This document shows, piece after piece, positions 1-9,911 of a stretch of DNA of 32,000 bases. This stretch comes from Pyrodictium abyssi. GTDB lineage: Archaea > Thermoproteota > Thermoprotei_A > Sulfolobales > Pyrodictiaceae. Both the position numbers and the translations under genes were made by a program. The stretch is from contig NZ_AP028907.1 in the NCBI RefSeq assembly GCF_036323395.1, forward strand, positions 2,010,001 through 2,042,000, read 5' to 3'. Under the pieces are notes generated by a model. That model was not told the origin of the DNA. It searched no databases and saw only the letters and a program-made list of their open reading frames with translations. The stretch's first letter is position 1; each line of letters opens with the position of its first letter.

Positions 1-288
1 TAGCAGGTAGAGGGCTAGGTAGCGCATGTGTCCCAGAGTCCGCTCTACTGCTCTACCGAAGAGGTAGAGGAAGTACATGTTGAACAGTATGTGGAACAGG
101 TTGGCATGGGTGAACATAGCTGTCAGTATCTTGTAGGCCGACGCTGGCTCTAGGAGCATATAGAGTGGCTCGAACCCGAGTCTTACTATCCACTCGCTAG
201 TGCTTGCTAGGAACCCTGTTTGCCACGATGTAACCACGTACACGGCCATGTTTACGATTATGAGCAGGTAGGTTACCCAGGGGGTCAC
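1..288 (-). CDS. Rhomboid-family intramembrane protease, N-terminal part, truncated by window edge
   Basis: Not in the ORF track because it is truncated. Minus strand 288->1 reads VTPWVTYLLIIVNMAVYVVTSWQTGFLASTSEWIVRLGFEPLYMLLEPASAYKILTAMFTHANLFHILFNMYFLYLFGRAVERTLGHMRYLALYLL. The FTHANLFHILFNMYFLYLFGRAVE segment is rhomboid-like. The frame stays open to about 387 but offers only CTG starts upstream of the GTG at 288. The catalytic GxSG lies outside the window. Confidence 0.8.
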   Translation of the reverse strand, partial: MTPWVTYLLIIVNMAVYVVTSWQTGFLASTSEWIVRLGFEPLYMLLEPASAYKILTAMFTHANLFHILFNMYFLYLFGRAVERTLGHMRYLALYLL

Positions 289-637
289 GTAGCTAAACGC
301 TGCCTCCTCAACCGCGAGAGGAAGCTCTCGGGTAAACCGCGGCAGACGCGGTGCTCTAACGCCGTGCAGGGCTAGGCACCTCTCCCGCTATCTCCCTCTA
401 GATTTGGAGCCAAGGCCTTGAGTTAATAACTAGGGTGGTATGCTCCCCGGGCCATGCAAGAGGTGTGAAAACTAGACCACCGGAGTACACCTCGTGACTA
501 GCGAACCTAGGACACCCTTCTAATACCCCAAGCAGAGTATGAGTAGACTACCCGAAGGAGCGTATAGCAGCATTCGCCCGCCAAGTTGGGCCCCCATCCG
601 TAGCCCGTGGCTGTCCTAGCTGCGAGGTGTACCCAGA

Positions 638-2014
638 TTGAGCGAGGTAATGGACATACTCTCCACGGCCATCTCCTACGCGTCGAGGCTAGGCGTCGAG
701 TTTGCTGAGATAAGGCTAGAACGTACGCGCTTTGCCCGCATAGAGATACGTGATGGAGTATACAATGTCTCGTCCGGCATAGACTACGGCGCGGCGGTCA
801 GGGTCTACGTTAACGGGTCAATGGGGTTCGCGTTCACGACGCGTATAGACACTGGATCCCTCCGCCGCGCCCTGGAGCAGGCCTACTCGCTCGCCCGCTC
901 GGCGCCAGGCAGCCAGCCTAAACCGCTGCTCTTCGACCCAGTGGAGGACTACTACGAGCACCCGGTGAAGAAAAGCACCGAGGACGTGCCTATAGATGTG
1001 AAGCTCAAGGACCTTGCCGAGCTAGACAAACTGGTAGCCGAAAAGAACTTCGTAAAGTCTAGACTAGTAGTCTACAACGAGCGCGTCGAAGAGCGATACT
1101 ACGCAAGCACCGAGGAGAGGTTCATCGGCGAGAAGCGTGAGCTCTCCTACCTCTACGCTTCAGCCTTCGGCGAGGAGGCAGGGGTGCGCGGCTCAGCGCA
1201 CATAACCCAGGGCACAGTGAAGGGCTACACGCTGTGGGAGAAGACGCCGCAGGAGAAGATGGCGGAGGAGCTGCTCGGGAGGCTCCAGCGTCAGCTCCGC
1301 GCAAAGACGCCGAGGGCGGGGAACTTCCCAGTAGTGATAGCGCCGGAGGCCCTCGGCGTCTTCGTCCACGAGGCCTTCGGCCACCTAGCAGAGGCGGACC
1401 TTGTGGAAGCGGGTAGCGCGCTTAAGGGCAAGAAAGGGCAGCAAGTAGCCTCCAGCCTGGTAAGCATAGTAGACGACCCGGGTATCGACGATGGGTTTGG
1501 GACGCTGCGCTACGACGACGAGGGCGTACGCACAGCCAGGGCAGTCATAGTCGAGAAGGGCATACACAAGCAGATAATGACCGACAGGATTCACGCAGCG
1601 GTGCTAGGGGCAGAGCCCACTGGCAACGCTAGGGCTGAGTCCTTCCGCTACCCCCCACTCGTCAGGATGAGAAACACTGTGATGCTGCCGGGCGACCATA
1701 GCGTAGAGGAGCTCTTCGAAGGCGTAGAGTTCGGGTACTACATAGTCTCGACAGCAGGCGGCCAGACCAATATAGACGGTAACTTCCAGGTCGGCGTCGA
1801 GGAGGCCTACGAGATAGTCAAGGGAGAGATAGGCGAGCCAGTACGCAACCTTAGCATAGTAGGCAATACTCTGGAGACTCTCCTCAACATAGATGCCGTG
1901 GCTAAGGACTTCGGCCTATTCTACGGCAGGTGTGGCAAGGGCCAGCTAGTCTACGTGTCTGACGGTGGCCCCCACGTGAGAGTACGCAGGATGACGGTTG
2001 GCGGACGCGAGTAG
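638..2014 (+). CDS. tldD: TldD family metalloprotease-like protein
   Basis: 458 aa; HEAFGHLAEAD (HExxxH) motif and TldD-like C-terminal ending (VRRMTVGG). TTG start preceded by GAGGTG at 624-629. Confidence 0.9.
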   Translation: MSEVMDILSTAISYASRLGVEFAEIRLERTRFARIEIRDGVYNVSSGIDYGAAVRVYVNGSMGFAFTTRIDTGSLRRALEQAYSLARSAPGSQPKPLLFDPVEDYYEHPVKKSTEDVPIDVKLKDLAELDKLVAEKNFVKSRLVVYNERVEERYYASTEERFIGEKRELSYLYASAFGEEAGVRGSAHITQGTVKGYTLWEKTPQEKMAEELLGRLQRQLRAKTPRAGNFPVVIAPEALGVFVHEAFGHLAEADLVEAGSALKGKKGQQVASSLVSIVDDPGIDDGFGTLRYDDEGVRTARAVIVEKGIHKQIMTDRIHAAVLGAEPTGNARAESFRYPPLVRMRNTVMLPGDHSVEELFEGVEFGYYIVSTAGGQTNIDGNFQVGVEEAYEIVKGEIGEPVRNLSIVGNTLETLLNIDAVAKDFGLFYGRCGKGQLVYVSDGGPHVRVRRMTVGGRE

Positions 2015-2063
2015 CAGTAGCCATGGTTTTTACGGATAGATGATGGATGCATGATTACACTCC

Positions 2064-3446
2064 ATGCGCAGGTGGTGTATGGGCATGGCTAGCCGCATCA
2101 GTCCGGCAGAGCTAGGCGTAATGGCGGCGCGCTGGGCTATACGCGAGGGAGCTACCGAGGCGGAGATATACATTCACGTATTCCGAGGATATAGTGCCGA
2201 TATTAGGACAAACAAGATTGAAACCGTGGCAGCCATAGAGGACGTTGGAGTGGGCATACGCGTAGCAGTGGGCAAGAAAACGGGCTTCTCGTACACCACG
2301 GGGATGGATGCGCAGCGCGTGAGAGAGGCGGTAAAGAGGGCGGTCAAACAGGCTAGGGCCGCTCCGGAGGATAAATGGTGGCAGGGCTTCCCTGAGCCTA
2401 GTAAAAGCTACCCAGAGCCTGGCGGCATGTTCAGCGTGGCGGTAGCGCGCGCAGGCCCCAAGACAGTACTAGAGCATGCCCGCGAAATGCTCGACAAGGC
2501 CTCCTCGATAAAGGACCTCGTGCTCGCCCGTGGAAGCGTCTCAGTCTATACGCTAGAACGTGCAGTTGTCAACACTAACGGTGTATACCGGGTAGACGTC
2601 GGCACGGCTGCGCTGGTTACAGCCGGGGTTACCATGAGGAAAGACGGATTGATAACGCCAATGATATACGATATGGACATGAGTAGGGTCGCGATACCGG
2701 AGAGTGACGCGGTGGTTGAGAGGGCAGCAGAGACAGCTAAGCAGTGCACAACTCTCTACCGTGGGCTCCAGACCGGGAAGTACACGGTAGTCTTGTCGCC
2801 GAAGGTGTTTGCAGAGCTCATGGAGGAGACTGTTCTCTACTCTCTCCGCGGCGACATATACGTGAGGGGGCGGAGCTACTATGGTAACAGGCTGGGCGAG
2901 CAGGCCCTATCAGAGAAGATAACGATAGTAGACGACGGGGCTATGAGGGGTGGAGATGCTACGTGGAGGTTCGACGGCGAGGGTGTCGCTACAGCGCGCA
3001 AAGTCCTCGTGGAGAAAGGCGTAGTACGAGGATTTGTATTTGACAGCTACTGGGGAAGACGCGCAGGGCAGGAGAGTACCGGAAACGCTTCCCGGGACGG
3101 CTATGCCTCTAGGCCGCACCCTGGCTACACCAATGTAGTAGTGGAGCCGGGCGACGCTGCCTCAGAGGAGCTCCTGGACGGCAGAGTGCTCGTCGTACAC
3201 CAGGTACAGGGTGCACACACGACAAACCCTGACACTGGCGAGTACAGCGTACTCGCGAACCCCGCCATATACTATGAAAACGGGGAGCCGAAGGGATGGG
3301 TGCCAGGCATAGTGCTGTCCGGCAACTTCTACAAGGAGATAGCATCAAACGTAGAAGCCCTCAGCAAGACCGTGGAGAAAGCATATCCAGGCATGTACAT
3401 GCCCTGGATAAGGCTCAACGGTATAACTGTGGCTGTAAAGAGCTAG
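2064..3446 (+). CDS. TldE/PmbA family protein (partner of TldD)
   Basis: 460 aa; same fold family as the upstream gene but without HExxxH; FDGEGVATARKVLVEKGVVRGFVFDSYWGRRAG...STGNASR resembles PmbA/TldE. Starts 50 nt after tldD. An internal ATG start, for example MGMASRIS, is possible. Confidence 0.87.
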   Translation: MRRWCMGMASRISPAELGVMAARWAIREGATEAEIYIHVFRGYSADIRTNKIETVAAIEDVGVGIRVAVGKKTGFSYTTGMDAQRVREAVKRAVKQARAAPEDKWWQGFPEPSKSYPEPGGMFSVAVARAGPKTVLEHAREMLDKASSIKDLVLARGSVSVYTLERAVVNTNGVYRVDVGTAALVTAGVTMRKDGLITPMIYDMDMSRVAIPESDAVVERAAETAKQCTTLYRGLQTGKYTVVLSPKVFAELMEETVLYSLRGDIYVRGRSYYGNRLGEQALSEKITIVDDGAMRGGDATWRFDGEGVATARKVLVEKGVVRGFVFDSYWGRRAGQESTGNASRDGYASRPHPGYTNVVVEPGDAASEELLDGRVLVVHQVQGAHTTNPDTGEYSVLANPAIYYENGEPKGWVPGIVLSGNFYKEIASNVEALSKTVEKAYPGMYMPWIRLNGITVAVKS

Positions 3447-3460
3447 GAAGCCCTGGAGCA

Positions 3461-4237
3461 CTAGCACACGTATTTCACTACTATCTCGCCAGGGCCATGG
3501 ACAGTGTACTCCACGGCTAGGAAGCCCTCAGAGACGCAAGCCTCCGAGGGCCCCACCGAGGCAGCCCTACGCGCATGCTTGTTTATAATCTCGACAAGCT
3601 CGGCGGCGAGCTGGCTCAGAGGAAGCCTTAGCTCCATTACACGCTTCCTGATAACAGCTGGGTCGGGTAGAACAGCAACACCCTTGCCCGGCGGGTCTAT
3701 GCCTGCGGCATGGAGCCCCGCTGCGGCAAGGACGTAGAGGGACTGTGGTACAACCAAGAGCTTCCGCGCTCCTCCCCTTTCAACAATGATGGTCTGCTGG
3801 CCCGGTGTTCTCCGTAGACCGCTTCTAGGCCAACGGCCTAGCCTAGCACGGTTCAGCCCTAGGCCTAGCACCGCGGCAGCTAGTATGGGCTCTGCGTAGA
3901 ACACCGTTGAGCTGGCTGCGAGGCTCTCCTCTAGCGCAGCTAGAGCCTCGACCTCCTCCTCTAGAGCGTCTAACCAGGGTCTAAACCTGGGTTCAGCGAA
4001 CGGCGAAGCCTCTTCAGCTTCCTCTCTAAGGGCGTAGTACGCCTCCACTATGTACTCGTATAACGGCTCATAGCCTGTTGTGTGCGCTGCTGGAATGGAT
4101 GCGAACATGGCTGCAAGCCCTCCGGGGAAGGTGTAGCCCAGACTGGCTAGGCGGCGGCGCGCATACTCTATTACTGGTAGAAGCCAGCGTGGAGGCTGTA
4201 TAGAGGGGTCACCCACTGGAGCCATCTCGCCGGCCAC
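3461..4237 (-). CDS. Hypothetical protein
   Basis: 258 aa ORF convergent to pmbA; no motif recognised. Confidence 0.6.
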   Translation of the reverse strand: MAGEMAPVGDPSIQPPRWLLPVIEYARRRLASLGYTFPGGLAAMFASIPAAHTTGYEPLYEYIVEAYYALREEAEEASPFAEPRFRPWLDALEEEVEALAALEESLAASSTVFYAEPILAAAVLGLGLNRARLGRWPRSGLRRTPGQQTIIVERGGARKLLVVPQSLYVLAAAGLHAAGIDPPGKGVAVLPDPAVIRKRVMELRLPLSQLAAELVEIINKHARRAASVGPSEACVSEGFLAVEYTVHGPGEIVVKYVC

Positions 4238-4352
4238 TCTCGCGCTAGCCAGGCCACGGGGGCAGTTATTCTACCAGGCGGTGGAGCCGGCAGGGCGAAG
4301 AGGTATAGAGGCTGTACTCCCAGGACGCGTGCATAGCGGAGGCGGCTAAACG

Positions 4353-5312
4353 GTGAAACGGCTAAAGATAATCGCCGCGGTGTTGGCGACACTCACAGCA
4401 ATACTTGTCGTGAGCGCGGCCATATTCTATACTTTCGAGCGTGCTGCGAACCCCGGCATGAGCTTCCTTGACGCCCTCTACTGGGCCTTCATAACCGCCA
4501 CCACGATAGGCTACGGTGACATAACGCCCACTACTATACCCGGCCGCATAGTAGCCGTAGTAGCCGCTATAGCCGGTATAGCAGCGTTCACGGCTCTGAT
4601 AGGGGTAGTAGCGGACGCTCTCGTGGATAGCGCTACCCGCCGCGTCCTAGGCGTGAGCAGTATCAGGAAGCGCGGCCACATAGTAGTCCTCGGCTGGAGC
4701 CCGCTCGCGCCGATACTGATACGCGAGATAAAGGCCAATATCCGGGATGCTGATATAGTAGTTGTTGACGAGAAAGTCCCCCTAACGGTAGGTGATGGAG
4801 TACAGGTTGTACGTGGCGACCCGCTGGACCGTGAGGCGCTAGAAAAAGCGTCAATAAGCCAGGCAAGGTACATAGTAGTGGCCGAGATAGATGATTCGCG
4901 TGCTGTACTAGAGGTGCTCCACGCTAGAAGGGCTAACAAGCAGGCAAAGATAGTAGCAATGGTAGTTGACAGCGAGAATGTCGACATACTTAGACAGGCT
5001 GGTGCAGACCACGTTGTACCGGTAACAATAGCGGCCATGTTGGCTGCAAGCTTCATATTCGAGCCCAGCGTGCCGCAGGTCCTCATAGACTTGGCTAGTA
5101 GCGTTATAGGCCTAGCCGATGTGGTCGAAGAGGATGCCTCGCAGTACGTGGGTAAGCAGTTCGGTGACGTGCTGCTAGAGGCTAAGAGAAGGCAGAATAA
5201 GATACCGATAGCAGTATACAGTGCTGAGAAGGGCCTACTAGTGAACCCGCCTTGGGACTACGTAGTGAGTGAAGGCGACCGTTTGATATCGATAATAAGC
5301 GGTAACCAGTAG
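4353..5312 (+). CDS. Two-TM potassium channel with cytosolic RCK/TrkA-N domain (MthK-like)
   Basis: 319 aa; pore signature TTIGYGD between TM segments, then HIVVLGWSPLAPILIREI...VVVDEK (TrkA-N Rossmann) and a C-terminal TrkA-C-like region. GTG start. Confidence 0.93.
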   Translation: MKRLKIIAAVLATLTAILVVSAAIFYTFERAANPGMSFLDALYWAFITATTIGYGDITPTTIPGRIVAVVAAIAGIAAFTALIGVVADALVDSATRRVLGVSSIRKRGHIVVLGWSPLAPILIREIKANIRDADIVVVDEKVPLTVGDGVQVVRGDPLDREALEKASISQARYIVVAEIDDSRAVLEVLHARRANKQAKIVAMVVDSENVDILRQAGADHVVPVTIAAMLAASFIFEPSVPQVLIDLASSVIGLADVVEEDASQYVGKQFGDVLLEAKRRQNKIPIAVYSAEKGLLVNPPWDYVVSEGDRLISIISGNQ

Positions 5313-5355
5313 CTAGGCGGCTCCGACACGTGCTGTAAAACCGCCGAGTAAGACC

Positions 5356-5361
5356 TTATAT
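5356..5361 (+). promoter_or_regulatory. TATA-box-like promoter element for the ABC substrate-binding gene
   Basis: CCTTATATCC about 50 nt upstream of ATG 5411; an archaeal TATA-like match by eye. Confidence 0.45.
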
Positions 5362-5410
5362 CCTCTCCCAGGGTCTGCTGCCAAGCATCTTGAGAGGGAT
5401 TGAGCCAGTC

Positions 5411-6784
5411 ATGCCGAGTGAAAAGCGGCTAGCTGTGACAATAGTGGCACTAATGGTGCTCGCTCTAACCATGTTCACGGCCTACTACGTGCTGACCTCC
5501 ACAGGAGGACAGTCTAACGGCGTGAAACTGGTCATAGTGACGCGCCTCTCCCCCGAGGAGCAGAAGGCCTTGCGAGAGGCCTTCCTCAACAGCACTATAG
5601 CAAAGCAGTACGGCATAACCGATGTCGAGTTCCGTAAGCTAGACTACTCCCAGTGGCCCGACCTAGCAGCAAGCGGGCAGGTAGACGCCTTCTTCATAGG
5701 AGAGAAGCCTGTCTACGACCGGCTCTGCAGAGAGGGCCTACTAGCCCCGATAAGCCTCAAAGAGCTAGTAGACATAGTAGCAGGGCTCGATAGCCGGTAC
5801 GTAGGCAGGGCTGGCGGCGATATATGCTGGGTAGCTGTAGGCCAGGCAGTGTACGGCTTTATCGTGAACAAGATGTTCCTTGAACGCTATGGGCTGCCGG
5901 TGCCAGAGACATGGGGAACCCTCATGGAGCCCGATTATGTGAAACCACTAGCATCTGCCAGCTACACAGTATCGTTCCCAAGACCCACCAAGAGCGGTAC
6001 AGCCAGGACCATAGTCCATGGCATCCTGCAGAAGTATGGATGGGACGAGGGCTGGCGCCTCCTAACAGTCATGGGCATGGAGGCTGGGATAGTAGACAGC
6101 TCTGAGACGGCTCGCGACCAGGCAGCCGAGGGTGTTGTCGGCGTAGCACCTGCCTACATAGGGTACGGTATAGAAGCCGAAAAGGTGGGCAAGGGCGCCG
6201 TATTCAAGATACCACGAGGCGAAGGCATACTTTACCTATCGCTAGCAGCCGTTGCAAAGGGCAGCAAACACCCGGTCGAGGCCCAGGCCTTCATACTCTG
6301 GCTGTTGAGCGACGAAGGCCAGCGTACACTAGCTAGGCTGTTCTACTACATACCGGTGAGGTCAGTCACGGGTATAGAGTGGGTGGAGAGGATATACAAC
6401 GAACTCAAAGACAACATATTCGACTACGACCGTGGCCTCGCGTCAAAGGTAGACCTCGCGGTGACCACGTACTTTGAGGCAGCCATAGCGGATAGCGACA
6501 CAAACGCTTTGCTCAAGCAGATCGGAAGCCTCCTAGCCAACCTCTACGCTTCCGGGAAGCTGACGAGAAACGAGTACATGGAGATAGTAGCTAAGCTAGG
6601 CTCGCCGCTGAAGATACGCGACCCGTGGAGCAGCGAGGAGAAGACGTTCACGCTAGACTACGCTAAAGAGATAAACAACAAGCTAGCCGATGGGACGGAG
6701 CGTGATAAGTTCTACAACGCCGTAAAGGAGGCTGCAATAGAGCGGTATCAGGCAATACTCAACATGCTCCGCGGGAAGGGCTAA
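5411..6784 (+). CDS. ABC transporter extracellular substrate-binding protein (Fe3+/thiamine-type family 1 like)
   Basis: The track ORF starts at TTG 5390; ATG 5411 begins MPSEKRLAVTIVALMVLALTMFTAYYVL (signal/anchor), then periplasmic-binding features (VNKMFLERYGLPVPETW, KGSKHPVEAQAFILWLLSDEGQ). Directly followed by a permease. Confidence 0.8.
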   Translation: MPSEKRLAVTIVALMVLALTMFTAYYVLTSTGGQSNGVKLVIVTRLSPEEQKALREAFLNSTIAKQYGITDVEFRKLDYSQWPDLAASGQVDAFFIGEKPVYDRLCREGLLAPISLKELVDIVAGLDSRYVGRAGGDICWVAVGQAVYGFIVNKMFLERYGLPVPETWGTLMEPDYVKPLASASYTVSFPRPTKSGTARTIVHGILQKYGWDEGWRLLTVMGMEAGIVDSSETARDQAAEGVVGVAPAYIGYGIEAEKVGKGAVFKIPRGEGILYLSLAAVAKGSKHPVEAQAFILWLLSDEGQRTLARLFYYIPVRSVTGIEWVERIYNELKDNIFDYDRGLASKVDLAVTTYFEAAIADSDTNALLKQIGSLLANLYASGKLTRNEYMEIVAKLGSPLKIRDPWSSEEKTFTLDYAKEINNKLADGTERDKFYNAVKEAAIERYQAILNMLRGKG

Positions 6785-6788
6785 CGCT

Positions 6789-8543
6789 ATGCGTACACCA
6801 CTGTGGCCCGCAGCGCCAGCCACGGCTCTAGTCGTTCTTCTCCTCCTAGCCCCCGTCATGTACACGTTTTCACCGGGACTAGTGCTCGAGGGTGTTAGGC
6901 TCGCAGTAGAGCGGCCAGGTAGCCTCTCGCCGGTAGCGAATACACCGGCCGTAGAGGTCCTGAAGGCTGGTGGCCGCTATACAGTTGTGCTACGGGGGCC
7001 GAGCCTCGGGGCTATACCTGGTAGCCTCGTCCTCGCGCTAGTGGTGTCATCGGCGGCGACGCTTCTCGGCTTTCTAGCTGCACTGGCAGCGCTCCTCTAC
7101 CGTAAGCTCTCCCGCGTGGCAATAGTGCTGGCAGTCGTCTCGCTGCTTCCGTACCCCTTCGTCGAGGCCTATGTCGTGCGTAGACTGGTAGACCCCGAGA
7201 ATGGGCTCGTGAACCTGGCGTTACGTCCACTTGGAGTAGGCCTTGTAGTGCAGGGAGTAGCTGGCGTAGCACTCTACCAGGTGCTCGTGTTCACACCCAT
7301 AGCATTCATAATACTGTACGGCTACATGTCTGGCATCAGCCGCGAGGCTGTGGAGTCCGCTCTACAGCTAGGCGCGGCCGGGGCGAGGCTAGCATGGCTC
7401 GTCGCCCGCCTCTCTAGCCCCGCAATAGCAGCCTCAGCCGCAGTGACAGCGGTTCTGAGCCTTGACGATGTAGCTGGGCCGCTCGTATTCCAGATGGACT
7501 CGGGTGCTAGGAGCCTACTAGCCTACCGGGCGTACAGCTACTTCATGGAGTCCGTGACGGGCACTGTATCGCCTACAGCGCTAGGCTACAGCGTGATACT
7601 ACTATCCGTGTCTCTTGCAGTCTTCCTGGCGGGCTACCCTTTCATAGCCAAGACCTACCGGGGGCTCCAGCCAGCCAGCCGTAACGCGGGCATACTGCCG
7701 CGCCTAGGCCTGCGTGGTGCCTGGGCGGTAGCAGCTCTAGCAGTGTCTCTAGGGGCTCCCGCCCTGGTAAAACTCCTAGCCATTGCCTACGGCTTTAGCG
7801 GCAACTGGGTAGCGTCCCCTATTCCGAGCATAGGCTTCGACTCTTTCAGGGCACTGTTTGAGATGCCAGACCTTGTGCGTGGCGTCCTCAATAGTCTCTT
7901 CTACACCGCTGTGTCCCTAGCGGTCTCCCTGGTACTGGCGTTGCCAGCCTCGCACGTTCTCGCACGGAGAGCGGGAAGACTGGCAGCCCTAGCAGACGCG
8001 GTTGTAAACATACCAGTCGCTGTGCCGGGGATCGTGCTAGCGTACGCGTACTACGTAGTCTTCCACAGCCTCTTCGCGGGCACGCTGCTAGACCCGATAA
8101 CAGGCCCGTGGATCTACCTAGTAGCCGGGTATACTGTACGTAGGCTCACGCTGCTCTACAAGGCAGCCCAGGCGCTAGTAGCCTCTATACCGGTAGAGCT
8201 TGAGGAGGCAGCGGCAGCGCTAGGGGCAGGGGTAGGCCGGGTAGAAAGAGCAATAATAGCGCCGATAGCCATACAGAGGCTGCAGCCGGCGATAGTGTTT
8301 ACAGCGTTGAGCATAGCTACTGAGGTCAGCCTCTCGATAACCATCGGCGGCCTGGCAGGCTCTAGCGGTTTTACGCACCCAGCCCCACTCATGTACCTCG
8401 TGGCAGGCTACATGAGCTACGGTGGGCTCGCCTACGCGGGTGTACTAGCCCTAGCAACCACAATACTCCATGCCGGGGTTGTTGTCCTTGCGCTTCTTGA
8501 GGCCAGACTAGCTCTAATAATCCTCAGGAAGAGCTACCGGTAG
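6789..8543 (+). CDS. ABC transporter permease, fused two-domain (Fe3+/thiamine type)
   Basis: 584 aa polytopic protein; two EAA-like loops (ESALQLGAAGARLAWLVARLSSPAI and EEAAAALGAGVGRVERAIIAPIAI). Starts 4 nt after the binding-protein stop. Confidence 0.87.
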   Translation: MRTPLWPAAPATALVVLLLLAPVMYTFSPGLVLEGVRLAVERPGSLSPVANTPAVEVLKAGGRYTVVLRGPSLGAIPGSLVLALVVSSAATLLGFLAALAALLYRKLSRVAIVLAVVSLLPYPFVEAYVVRRLVDPENGLVNLALRPLGVGLVVQGVAGVALYQVLVFTPIAFIILYGYMSGISREAVESALQLGAAGARLAWLVARLSSPAIAASAAVTAVLSLDDVAGPLVFQMDSGARSLLAYRAYSYFMESVTGTVSPTALGYSVILLSVSLAVFLAGYPFIAKTYRGLQPASRNAGILPRLGLRGAWAVAALAVSLGAPALVKLLAIAYGFSGNWVASPIPSIGFDSFRALFEMPDLVRGVLNSLFYTAVSLAVSLVLALPASHVLARRAGRLAALADAVVNIPVAVPGIVLAYAYYVVFHSLFAGTLLDPITGPWIYLVAGYTVRRLTLLYKAAQALVASIPVELEEAAAALGAGVGRVERAIIAPIAIQRLQPAIVFTALSIATEVSLSITIGGLAGSSGFTHPAPLMYLVAGYMSYGGLAYAGVLALATTILHAGVVVLALLEARLALIILRKSYR

Positions 8544-9719
8544 GCCAGCCCGCTGCGCCCTTGACGCTAGCTCGGCTGCTTTCCAGGGGTCGTCGAGCTC
8601 CGGCGCCCTGACGCCCTCAAGCCATGCACGCCTGTATATCTCGGCTACGCTCCCGGCTTCTAGCTCTTCCAGGTCCTCCCGCCTCCCTAGGATCTCCTTG
8701 GCGTACGTTAATGGCTTAGCATCTCTGGCGCTGAACCGCCATAGGTGTTGTTCTCGAAACTCCTCCAGGCTAGTCCAGCTATACCACCGCCTCCACATCT
8801 TCTCTAGCACTAGATCGATTAGCCCCGGATCCTCTAGAGGCGGTATGTTCTCGAACTCGTGGAGCGCTTTGTAGGGGCAAAGAGCGCATGCAACACGGGG
8901 CACGCCGTCCAAGTAGTCGGGGTGTACCAGACCAGCCTTCCTCACGATAGCTATTATGTCGGGTAGCGTGAACATGTACGTCGGGCGAAACTTTCTGCCG
9001 GTAAGAACTACCCGGCTAGCAGCAGCCTTTGAGAGCCGCTCGAACCTCTTAGGCGACTCTATGAGCCTATCGCCTATCACCTCTACTAGCCTCGGATCCT
9101 TCTTCCTGGCCTCTCTCATCGGCTTAGCCTTATAGACGGTGCAGAACCGGTAGCCTCGCCGGGGCATCCCCTTCCACTTGAGAAGGCTCTTCATGTCTCT
9201 CCGCGGGGCAGACCTTATATCCACTTGGATGCCTAGCCGCGATGAGAGCTTCTCGACAAACTCTACGCTACGCGGGCTCTCGAGGAACGGTATATGAATG
9301 AACATCACGCGGAGGCGGAAGCTCACATACTCCTGGAGCTTTAGGAGAGTGAGCAGCGCTGCAACCGAGTCTTTTCCACCGCTGAACCCTAGGAGCACCG
9401 TCCTCCCGCGGAGCTCCCGGCCGACCATCCTGGCGAGTGTTCTGGCGTACTCGTCGAGATCAGGGACTGCCCTAGCGTGGACATAGGGTGGTGAGGCGAG
9501 CCACGGCTTTACCGGCGCGAAGCCGCGTCCACGCTCGGCTTCTACCTCTAGCACGCCTCTACGGCTAAGGAGCCCGGTAACGTCTAGGGCTCTGCTCTTA
9601 GAGACCCATAGATAGTACCGGCAGGCGCCCTCGGTGCTGCAGATCTTTGTAGCGTCGCCCCCGCTTCCAATTACTCCGCGTAGCTCGCCCCTCTCGATGA
9701 CCGGGTACAGCTCGGTCAT
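8514..9719 (-). CDS. PP-loop ATPase / PAPS reductase-like protein
   Basis: 401 aa; SGGKDS PP-loop (LLGFSGGKDSVAALLTLL), YRFCTVYKAKP and CALCP cysteine motifs. The 3' end overlaps the convergent permease by 30 nt. Confidence 0.85.
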   Translation of the reverse strand: MTELYPVIERGELRGVIGSGGDATKICSTEGACRYYLWVSKSRALDVTGLLSRRGVLEVEAERGRGFAPVKPWLASPPYVHARAVPDLDEYARTLARMVGRELRGRTVLLGFSGGKDSVAALLTLLKLQEYVSFRLRVMFIHIPFLESPRSVEFVEKLSSRLGIQVDIRSAPRRDMKSLLKWKGMPRRGYRFCTVYKAKPMREARKKDPRLVEVIGDRLIESPKRFERLSKAAASRVVLTGRKFRPTYMFTLPDIIAIVRKAGLVHPDYLDGVPRVACALCPYKALHEFENIPPLEDPGLIDLVLEKMWRRWYSWTSLEEFREQHLWRFSARDAKPLTYAKEILGRREDLEELEAGSVAEIYRRAWLEGVRAPELDDPWKAAELASRAQRAGLPVALPEDY

Positions 9720-9892
9720 GGCGTGTACACCGCTACCGATAATGGCCGCTCACTGGTGGTGGTCAGAGACGTGGTGAAGGGGCAGTCTCCTCATACCCGG
9801 GGGGCCTCGGTGGCTCAACCCTTCATCAGCCCAGAGCCCCCAGGACTGCTCTCTCCACACGCCTATAGTCGCCTATATCAGCCCTTCACGAA

Positions 9893-9911
9893 CCCTACAG
9901 ACGATGTAGGG
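9893..9911. repeat. Perfect 7-bp inverted repeat (CCCTACA-GACGA-TGTAGGG)
   Basis: Read directly in the divergent intergenic region between the two PP-loop genes. Confidence 0.6.
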
